Part shown: positions 54,665 to 64,000 of the stretch, piece after piece | Numbering within the stretch: the stretch's first letter is position 1 | Layout: every line of letters starts with the position of its first letter | Origin: Catajapyx aquilonaris | Lineage: Eukaryota | Direction of reading: 5' to 3' | NCBI GenBank assembly: GCA_000934665.2 | Contig: JYFJ02000810.1 | Span: forward strand, 1-64,000 | DNA length: 64,000 nucleotides | The notes under the pieces: model-generated | What the model was told of the DNA's origin: nothing | The model's database searches: none | The model's input: only the letters and a program-made list of their open reading frames with translations | Translations under genes and position numbers: made by a program

Positions 54665-57600
54665 CGTGAGAATTTACGCCTTGTAGTAACGACACATTTT
54701 TTTTTAAAAAAAACGTATTGGACGACCTACTTAACAATTTCCACCAGACAAACCGGATTTACGTCCCATCTCACAGCCTGAGAGCGCCAAAATAACTGCG
54801 TACGTCATATTTATCTCCAATAATGTCCGCATCCGGCCATATTTCACCATTGGAAAAAGGGGTTTCCAATTAGGTTTTTGTCCAGATATGTCCAAGCCTG
54901 AATATATGTGTATCCTCTGTGGTACCCGCGGGCCCCAATTTGCGAGTAAGGTTAGACCAGTTTTCTCCCTGGAGGTCTTCGGTGCGGATGAGTCATTAAT
55001 AAAGGAGAAGGTGAGCTGATGAGGAAGAAACGACCCAGTCCCACTTTTGAAAGACTGCTCCAAGTCGTGCTTAAGGGCGCGCCAGAAGAATAGGAGGCGG
55101 TGAAGAGGAAACAAGGTATTTGGAACGACTCTGTTTGAGAATGACAATGCAATGTGTGTACACTATGGCGCAACCCCGAAGCAAGGTGCCCCGACCTTCC
55201 CTCAGCGTGTCTAGCTTCATCAATCCGATCGCTTTGTTCCACCTAGAATTGCCTAACATGACCGAATTGTTGAGGATGCGTCTAGTTCATATTATGGCCG
55301 ATGGGGGCGCTTTGGCGCAGGTAGTGACATCTAGGGTGTTGAGCCGGAAGCAGCGATGGTCAGAATAAGCTGCGATTTATTGAAAATTAATATCAAAATA
55401 TCATGAATTCATGACAACGATTTTTCAAGATATCTAAAAATCTAAGAGGCGTATCAGAACATCTGGGATCCTCGTTAGTACTGTAACTAACCTCTTTATG
55501 AATAAGATCCAGTCTACAGTACTTAACAATACATTCTCACGGATGGCTCAGATAAAGCAGTTAATGAAGCTACCAACCCTATTCCTAATTTATGCCCTTT
55601 TTACTCCCGATTCTGAACCGATCTATCATGATCATCGGCAACTTTATGAACTGATTCTAATCGCACTCTTTCACTAATAGGCAGATTGATTTACGCCGAC
55701 CGCGACTCCAGTCACGATTTAAGTATCCTCTGCCTGGAATGCATGCAAAATCTTGCAAAAACAAGGGCCGGTCTCTTCTTATGACCTGCGTGCCACAGAA
55801 GGAGCAATTAGGCCTCCGATTGAAAATCATCCTTTCGTTGAGTCGAAAAATATGGGCTGGAATTGGCGCCATAAATCTATGCCATTGTCACCGCAGGGTG
55901 GCCTGTCGACGAACCTGCCCTCTCTTGGGAGGTCACGGCGATCAAGCGACAATGCGCGCCAAATGACGCGGATGCGCCTCCAGGAAAAGGTGAATCTGAA
56001 ATGTCCATTTTTGGAGGGCGGGTGACCTCAAGGCGCGGTAAAGTCTGATTGACGGCCCCATGGTCAAAGTTGACGTACAATCACGAGCAAAAAGATTGAG
56101 ACGGAACAAGAAGTTCGCTGAAAATACAAGTGATGTCGCTAATGCCAAATACGAAAATAAACACAGAGAAGTGACCACATTGTTATCTACGATCTATTTG
56201 GTAGTGACTGTACGAAACCCATATCTTCAACATATTGATCGCTCTCTATTATTCATAGTGTACTTGGTCAATAGTTCGATCGGTGTCGGAAATAGCGGTA
56301 TAGGGTCGTGTGGGTCAAACCTGATTCGAAATGTACCCCTGCGGGGTCACATATGTCACGCCTTGAGTTGGGCGAGTAGACCTACTTTACCCCCGAGCAC
56401 GTAGATGAGGGCAATAATAATCCCGGGAGAATCTGTGGGACGTGTGGAGTGTGCAGATAAGGGTCAGAGCACGAGGCAGGTGTGGAAAGTGGTCACAGGT
56501 CACCGCAGCGTATGAGTGTGTAGGAGGAACACACCATCGTGACGACCTCTGAGTGAAACCTGACCTCCTATTGTACCCACCTATCGGATTTATTATTGGC
56601 AGCGACTATTGGGTATTCTGCACAATAGGTCGTAGGTACCATTGATGACACGAACCCTAGTGGTCAGATAAACTCACGACCAAAACAGCCACAAAATCAC
56701 CCACAGAGATGGGCCATTAGCATTCCTGGACATCTTGCAACATCCATCCTCATGAATGATGAGGATGTCTCGAGTGCAATAAGAGCCATAATGTTCCTCC
56801 ATTGTCCTAATGAATGCTGGCGTATCAAGACGCCAAAGAATAGAAGAAAGAGGTGCCTCCTTTGCTAAGTACTTTCGTGACCGAGTCAAGAGAAGTTATG
56901 ATTGAAAAGTAGATTAGACGAGGAGGGAAGGAATAAGGTAGATATTGGCACGGCTCCATTTTGGGGACGGATAATTAATTAGGAAACATGGCGGCCAATT
57001 TGGCATTTTGGTCGTGATGCAGGTTGGAACAGTTCATTGGACTCCTTGCGAATCATTAATTATGGAGAAATTAGGTTGCACACTTTGTAGCATGATTACT
57101 TATTGTTGTTAATATTGTTTATTAATGGTTCCAAAAATTTTATGCACTTTCAGGCACATCATGCTACTGCTTTTACAATATTATTTTAGTGAAATATTTT
57201 TTACAACCATGGAACGATCATTATGTGCAGTCTGATTCCAGCCCGTTTTTGTGGTGGGATCTTGCGGTTTTAGGCAAAAGGTCGTTGGACGTAATGATTC
57301 GGATGAAAATGGGTTCATCCTTGAGTGGTTGTGTCCCGTGGCCCATTCAGCTTTGGGTCACTGGATCCCCCTCCACTCCCAGTCTTGGAGAAGGACGAAT
57401 GAACGAACCAAGTGCCATTGTGATTCCCTGATCCGAAAACGATTATTACCATTCTTGTACACTCCCTGATGTGACGCATTGGCCGTGTTTCGTTCAAGGA
57501 CCAGACGTATAGTTTAAGATCAGATTAGAAGATGAGCAGGTTTAGTGGAGTCATGCTTGATGTGCACGAATAGGTCCCAATATTGGTTCCAAAATATAGG

Positions 57601-57894
57601 GTGGTGTCCTGTCCAAGACCACATCTATATGCTTGCGACTGTACTTAAGTCTTTAAAAATGGGCAAATGTGCAGGAAAATATGCTCGCATCAATGTGACA
57701 CTTGCAGTTCTCCTATGAAATGTGCTTCCTGAAATGCAAAATGCAAAGGTCCGTTTAGTACATGAATATTGTACATCTGGCAAACCTTGACTATTTTCAT
57801 GCGAAGGTTAGTCACATCAATATGTTGCATAGGTGGCTTGATTCCATGGAGTGGAAAAACTTTCTTTTGATGTACACAAAGTACATCCTGTAAC

Positions 57895-57900
57895 TTTATT
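57895..57900 (-). terminator. Probable INTS4 polyadenylation signal (AATAAA)
   Basis: tttatt on the + strand, about 47 nt after the stop codon. Confidence 0.55.
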
Positions 57901-57946
57901 ACAAATGACACATGATGTACATGTCCAGTTTATAACAATACACTTC

Positions 57947-58117
57947 CTAGATTCCTTTTTTGACAGGTTTGGGTGACACATACACACGAACGGTAGGACA
58001 CAACTCAATTGTGTACAAATCCTCACTCTTTCCAACAATTTTCCGATTTGAGTTTGTTTCAGGCTCAGTGAGATCCAGCACCACACCCATCTCAATATGG
58101 CATGCTTCAGTCCATAT
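57947..58117 (-). CDS. INTS4: INTS4 last coding exon (IWTEACH...PKPVKKGI*)
   Basis: gttttcAG| acceptor, 171 nt ending in TAG; matches the INTS4 C-terminus. Confidence 0.92.
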   Translation of the reverse strand: MWTEACHIEMGVVLDLTEPETNSNRKIVGKSEDLYTIELCPTVRVYVSPKPVKKGI

Positions 58118-61100
58118 CTGAAAACAACAGAATCAACTGCAGTCATATCTAGTTTCTCCTTCTCATCACAGGCAAGTTCATAAAAATACTGACCTGATGT
58201 GAAACTAGAATGGTTGTAAGCAGCCTAGTGGTGCCATCGGGACATGTTCTGAAGTCACTCCTTTTCGGAAGAACCAACTGCACTTGCTGATCAGGATATT
58301 TCACCCTGACTCGTACAATCTGCTGATCCTTTACACTGCTCAGGGTGCAGTCGAGTGGTATTCCGAGAACAAGTCCTGCAGTGAACTTCAAAGGGTTGTC
58401 AGACTCTCCTGATGGCTCATTTACCACTGCTTCAGTCATTTTAATCTGAAATGATTTTAAGTACAGGCCACAGCGGGTTCGTATTTTATATGGCAACATA
58501 TGAGGAAATATTTTCAAATTTTTAATGCTGCATAATTAATTGACTATGTCCCATTACCTGACTAGTCATCCTCAGAGGGGGAACTGAGTGGCTTTGAAGC
58601 AATGGAACAAGCAGCCTGGCAACTGCACCTGGCCTGGGCTCATCCAAACGGAAGACCTCACGCATGACGCCCTGAGTAAAACCATCAGCCTGAAGAGCAT
58701 GTTCTTGAAGGAAAGTCTGGAGGTTTTCCACCTGCTCCACAAAATGTTCGCAGAGGGCCAGTGCTGATGCATTGCTTCCTCGCACAATGTATACCAGGTG
58801 GAGAGCGAGGGCACGGAGCTTCATCTGCTTAACAGATGCCACCTCCTGGGCAGACAAACCAACGAACAGGTACTGAAGCCTAAAATATGGGTGACAAGTT
58901 TGTCAAGTTAGCAATATCAAGCACAGAAGTTTTTAACACATATTTTAAATTAACTACTCAGTAAATAAGTAGCTCACTTGAGACAGTTTTGCATGAGCTG
59001 ATCAATCCAGCTCCTAACAGTGTCACCCACTCCTTGCTGGTGAGCTACTAAAGATGTGTTGGTCCAAAGCTGCTTCCCAACCACTCTTGCAAACAACAAG
59101 TGGCAGGATATGTAAGTGGACGCAAAGTGCGACTGAGCAGCCAGTGCCGGCTCAATTTCAGCCACACACTCCAAGTCTCGTCTTGCCACAGTCAGTGTAT
59201 TTTGCCTGGCTGCATCACTAAGGTCTTCAGCTCGCTCCACCCTCTCCAAAATGTCTTTCAAAAACTGTGCAGTATTTGTCTCAGCAGATTCAACTGGTTT
59301 GCCTGAAGGCTTACTTCCAAACGGCACCTTTAAAATGGGCACTAATTGTGGAAGGGTGTCACGTAAATAATGGTAATGGCGTAGAGTGGTGTGCTGGAAC
59401 AAGCTGATCAATGGGGGACAACTCTGAGCACCATTGAAAGCAAGGATCAATATCGTTATGTATGCTGGGTCATCCACATTACGCTCAGGTGTGTCAAAAA
59501 ATGTGTGGGTCTGAAGCAGTTCTGGAACCAAAGAGAGCGTTAGCTCTGGATCCTTCTGTCCAAGCTTTTGCACACAACCCCATATGCTCCGCCGATCCTG
59601 GGGATACCTCTTGAGATTTTCAAGAAGTGTATTGACACACATTCGAAGGCATTCCTTGGTGGAGAGGCGACAGTTGGCCAACATTTTGTGCAAGCCCTCT
59701 CTTACATCCATGGAGAAGTCCTCCAGGGCACCCAAGATGGTTTCCAGCTGATCTTCCCGTAGCACAATGTGCTGGCTGACTTTTGTGAGACAGTCAATGG
59801 CTTTCAGACGTACCTCCTCAATTTCATCGTTGAACATGTCCACAAGAAAGTCAAGACTCAGAGCAGCAAAATGAGGATTATTCACCGACAGGGCACAGAG
59901 CGAGTCCACCGAAGCACTACGAACCTCTTTGGGAGAAAAAAGTGGAATGAAGTTTTCCCTGAGTAATTACATACAATATCAGGCTAAAACTTACCCATAA
60001 ATTCATCTTCCAGCCCATGTAGAAAAGCACCACATGATCCACTGGTGATCAAACTCATGGAATCTGCATCCACCATCTCTCTTGGAGCATCATCTGCCCA
60101 CTTCTTTCCTGTTGCCCATTCACCTGATACAACAGACTCCCTTTGTCTTTCATGTGCTGAACGTTTCCGCTGTAAGAGGGAGAGAGTTGCTATTTATGAA
60201 TTTCCTTCAGGATAGGATCCAACGTTTTTCAATAGTATTTAAGATCACAATTTACTTAGGGAGGAGATTACCATACTCAGTCAAACGAATCCAGCCAGAC
60301 TGCAGTTTATCAAGTGTTGACAAAATCTAAGCAATCATAAATAATAAGCACACTCTGACCAGATTTGTTTTACTGAGTTCTGTACTGTCCACCATTACAG
60401 CATGAAGTGTTTATAAAACAGTTTTAAAAAAGTCGAGCAAGGACTTCAAATAGTCTCACACCATAACTTACCCTCATGTTAGACATAAGCTTCTTGTCTA
60501 GTGTTTGTTCCAGGAAGCGCTGACTGACTTGCGTCATGTTTCCTAGCAGCCTGGCAGCTAAAACTCGCACCTTCAAGCTCAGGTCATTTATCATATTGCA
60601 AGCTTTTCCAAAGGCATCATCCACCAGCCGAATTTCCTGGCCACAATCCGAGATGGTGATGCAACTGCAGAGAAATAACAACATTAACTTGTAGTTTGGT
60701 GTAAGAATTTATTATCTGAAATAATCATACTAATTAGTGGTTAAATTATTGTATCATCCTAATTAGTTGTTAATTTGTCAGCAACCTTTATGAAATTATC
60801 AGGCTGAGTTAATGGAGGAGCCCAGATGGCAGTACAGGTTTGAAATTTGACAATTCCTTGCAAATACCTACTTACGCAATAATAAATATATGCAATTAAG
60901 TTGATTCTCCTATAATTTGGCTCTAAAATGTGCAACATGGAAAGGGAAAATTTATTTCAACAAGTTATTTACAATGTTAGCACCAGTACTGTAACTTACT
61001 GTTCAGTGTAAGTCTGGCCCATCACATAGAGAAGTTCAAGAGCCACTTGACGGACACTCTCATAATCATCCTTGAGCGCATCACACACCTCATTGTACAT

Positions 61101-62616
61101 GGAAACATCTATTTTTAGCCCACGTTCATGCAGGGCCAACTGAAAAGAGACTAATATCACTCCCGTCCTGAAGGGTACAACTGCAGTCCTGCTCATAATA
61201 ATCAGAGATTTCCCAATTGTTTATTTCAGTGCAAACATGACGTGAGGCCAGTATCAACTCACCATGGAACTAAATGCAGCGGTTCTTACACGAGGATCTT
61301 GGCTGTGGGTGTACTTGCCAACCATCCTAATCACTGCAGATGTAGCCTCAGGTGTTGATGGCATCAGGAAACATCCAATCAGTTCAAGGCTGCGACATTT
61401 GACCTGGTGTTGGGTGGTAGTCAGATATTCTTTCGCCAGTGCCACCAATCGCTGATGGATGCGTATGTCATCAGGCATGGCCTTTCCAAGTTGGATTAAG
61501 GCAGAGATACCTTGGGCCAAGACTTTGGATGAATCCTCCTTCTTCAGGAGGCTCACTGTTTCTTCTATCACAGACTGGCAGGAAATTTAATTAGTTACAT
61601 TAATTAGCTAATGTTAAGCAGGTTGTTTGAAGGCTAGCATATAATTTGAGATGAACCATGTTGGATTCGTGGCAAAATATTGGCATTCTTCAGGCATTTT
61701 AACTGAAGGTCAATATTAGTTATGCGTAGCATTCATATACGCACTTTCTCAAAGCTTTTTTGTTATGAGCAAATAAGTTGGGGCAAGAGGTCCCCCAAAT
61801 AAGCAATTTGTTATCCATTAGCAAAACTCCTGAACTTAATTTTCATCAGCATACAGCCCTCATGAAGGGCCCTTGCGGCCAACCAGTGGGTCATTAGCCT
61901 CACATTCATACAGCAGGCGGAAGTTACCTTCAAGTCAGCGCATGGTGATGTCCCGAGCTCTCTCATAAGAGCTAGTACCTTCACCCGTACGGCTGTTTCC
62001 TGTTCACGGTGAAAATGTTCGGACAGCTTCTTGACTGTCGTTGATATGTCCTCAGCCTGCAATTAAAACTGATAAACAAGTGTCCACAAGTGACCAATGG
62101 ACATCCACACCACATTTACATACTTTTGACTAAATCATGTAATCATTAGACTTGGTCTTTTGTGATAAGGATCATATACAGTAGTTATGCTCTAAAAAGC
62201 TCAGATTTATATATGCAAACATTATTTTGAAATTGACAAAACAACTCCATGCTCTCAGATTTTCCCTAAGCTCCTACTCCTACTGCCATTCGTAATGGGA
62301 GAATTGGGCCATGCCTGCACATCAAAATTAACTCGGTAAATGAGTATAATTTAGCTTTGCAGGCATCTCCTTTACAATGCTGGTGTTTGTGCTCCACAAT
62401 AATAAAGTTTGAATAAGTTTCTCTTTTACATCCCAGTTGTCCACATATTAAACACACTACCTGTGTTGGAGGATCATCGAATATTCGTATAAGGACTTGT
62501 AGTGCTTCATTGCTGCTGGCACACCTTTCCAAGGATAAAACCTCAAGTTCTGCAGGTGACGATACAGGAACTGATGACTTTTTCACCAGACGAAGTTTCT
62601 TTGGCTTTGGATCCTC
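57947..62616 (-). CDS. INTS4: Integrator complex subunit 4 (HEAT-repeat scaffold of the INTS4/9/11 cleavage module); 10 exons in window, 932 sense codons, 5'-partial
   Basis: Recognisable INTS4 motifs: KKLRL, DPRVRTAA, EIRLVDDAFGK, FLEQTLDKKLMS, CGAFLHGLEDE, LDFLVDMFNDEIEEVRL, LREDQL, HYxYLRD and C-terminal WTEAC...VYVSPKP. All nine introns (68-404 bp) are GT-AG and the phases join without frameshift. No start exon was found in the window. Confidence 0.96.
58194..58445 (-). CDS. INTS4: INTS4 exon (IKMTEA...VSHQ)
   Basis: atttcAG| acceptor, CAG|GTCAGT donor, 252 nt, phase 0/0. Confidence 0.92.
58558..58879 (-). CDS. INTS4: INTS4 exon (LQYLFVG...RMTSQ)
   Basis: attttAG| acceptor, CAG|GTAATG donor, 322 nt, phase 2/0. 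Confidence 0.92.
58978..59926 (-). CDS. INTS4: INTS4 largest exon (EVRSASVDSLC...MQNCL)
   Basis: tttctcccaaAG| acceptor, AA|GTGAGC donor, 949 nt, phase 1/2. Confidence 0.95.
59995..60169 (-). CDS. INTS4: INTS4 exon (RKRSAHER...HGLEDEFM)
   Basis: cttacAG| acceptor, G|GTAAGT donor, 175 nt, phase 0/1. Absent from the ORF track; translated by hand. Confidence 0.93.
60472..60664 (-). CDS. INTS4: INTS4 exon (CITISD...KKLMSNMR)
   Basis: ctctgcAG| acceptor, AGG|GTAAGT donor, 193 nt, phase 2/0. Confidence 0.93.
61000..61139 (-). CDS. INTS4: INTS4 exon (LALHERGL...TYTE)
   Basis: cttttcAG| acceptor, CA|GTAAGT donor, 140 nt, phase 0/2. Confidence 0.92.
61263..61574 (-). CDS. INTS4: INTS4 exon (SVIEE...DPRVRTAAFSSM)
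   Basis: cctgccAG| acceptor, ATG|GTGAGT donor, 312 nt, phase 0/0. Confidence 0.92.
61928..62056 (-). CDS. INTS4: INTS4 exon (AEDIST...ADLK)
   Basis: ttgcAG| acceptor, AAG|GTAACT donor, 129 nt, phase 0/0. Confidence 0.9.
62461..62616 (-). CDS. INTS4: INTS4 exon (EDPKPKKLRLV...PPTQ), first exon visible in window
   Basis: tttcAG| acceptor, CAG|GTAGTG donor, 156 nt, phase 0/0. Confidence 0.88.
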
Positions 62617-64000
62617 CTGAAATGAGTAGTAATGTCACACTGCTTTTGGCCCAGATCATACAGTTTTGTCCCATCTCCAGTTTGGGTCAGGAAAAATCCT
62701 ATGAAACAGTGAAACCTACCTATGCAGAACCATGGATGCAGCAGGAACTTGTCCTCTGTGAAACTTTTGTTAGCATGGCTTTCAGCGTAATGAAATGATT
62801 TAGAACTGGACATTTCCACTATTGATATATTTCACTGTGGCATTACAAATGATTATGTCAAGTTTTAATCATGCGGGGGAAAAATATTTATTTGAAAGGG
62901 GGTAAAATGGGATAAAACGGAGAAGGAAAATTTATTAAAGTTAATATGAATTCAAACATGATAATATTATTATCACAATTTACACAAATTGATAACAGCA
63001 ACATGGTCAGAACTTGCCTGCCATTCACCTTTACGTAACATTGAAACAATGGATGGAAATATCAAGTTACTCTTATGTAGCTGATTTGGTTGAATTTTTG
63101 CATAGTATCTCAAAACTTTTTTTAAAAAAAGGCTGTCAAACAATACTGCCAATATCAAATACCCACACTTAACTAATACAGTAAACAATCATCTACACTT
63201 TCTATTCCTTGAATAGTTGAATAATGCATGTTTTCCACTTTCATATTCTTGTAGGAAACTGCGCTGTTTTATTTTCACTATTTCACAACAATAGAAGAAA
63301 CAATCATATTATCCTATTGATTAGCACATGCATAATTTCAATACCTAATTAACGCAAAGTCCTAACAACCCTCATCTGAAAGTGACAAGTTAAAAGGCAC
63401 TTTCCTCCTACGATATCGATTGTTGCCCTCCCCTCCTCCCCCTGCATTGTTGCAATATCAGACAAGAGTTAAGTCAGCCTAGTTTCTCCTGCAATATCGA
63501 CACGTGATTTGCAAAGTCCGCCAAGATTGCGGTCGACTCTTGCATCATCCCCCTTCATCTCATCCCTCCTAAAATTCACACCGCGTGGCTCTCTCCCCAC
63601 CCCCTCCCACTCTGAAAATACGGTAAGCCTCCCCCACCCCACCCCCTCCAAAAAAAGAGGACATCTACACCCCCCGGCCTCCCACTGCCGATGCCGGATC
63701 GATACGGTAGCCGGTGTCGTCGCACCCTCCTCGTGGAAAACGGGTGACTTACTGCATGTCACTTCAAACTCTAACCTAACCCGGACGCAACCCGCCGCCT
63801 CTGACGCAGGGGCAATCCGCCCCGGGGCCAATACTACTCCAGAAATCGCATGCTGCCACGAGGTGTTCAATCTGGCAATACTGTTAGGACGGCATGTGTT
63901 AATTACCCCCGCATCCCTGCCCCGGGGTGTCGTCCGCCCCTAGTGTCAGCAGCCGCGCATTACCCGGCATGACCGTTCCCCCAACCCAATATCAAATTCG

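Noticed and set aside
56687..56760. HRDGPLAFLDIL, reminiscent of a Penelope-like reverse-transcriptase motif
   Set aside because: Only a few residues match, stops follow immediately, and no flanking RT motifs are present

Overview
This is eukaryotic, probably arthropod, genomic DNA with two convergent protein-coding genes. The first is a C2H2 zinc-finger transcription factor on the + strand, with its whole CDS in one exon (45414-47174, 586 aa). The second is Integrator complex subunit 4 (INTS4) on the - strand, reconstructed as 10 phase-consistent GT-AG exons (62616-57947); its start exon was not found and is probably beyond the right edge. The first ~45 kb has no recognisable protein-coding gene and looks like the regulatory and 5'-intronic domain of the zinc-finger gene. 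It holds two candidate 5' exons (ending 4187; 22818-22867) which, spliced to the coding exon, give a continuous 55-aa upstream ORF. It also holds an intact 428-bp PIF/Harbinger-like MITE, a perfect 38-bp fold-back palindrome and two minisatellites. Between the two genes lies a nested direct-repeat element. Five single Ns next to G/C homopolymers indicate assembly breaks or ambiguities. No CRISPR, rRNA, intact tRNA or prokaryotic system was seen. Most short ORFs in the supplied track appear to be noise.
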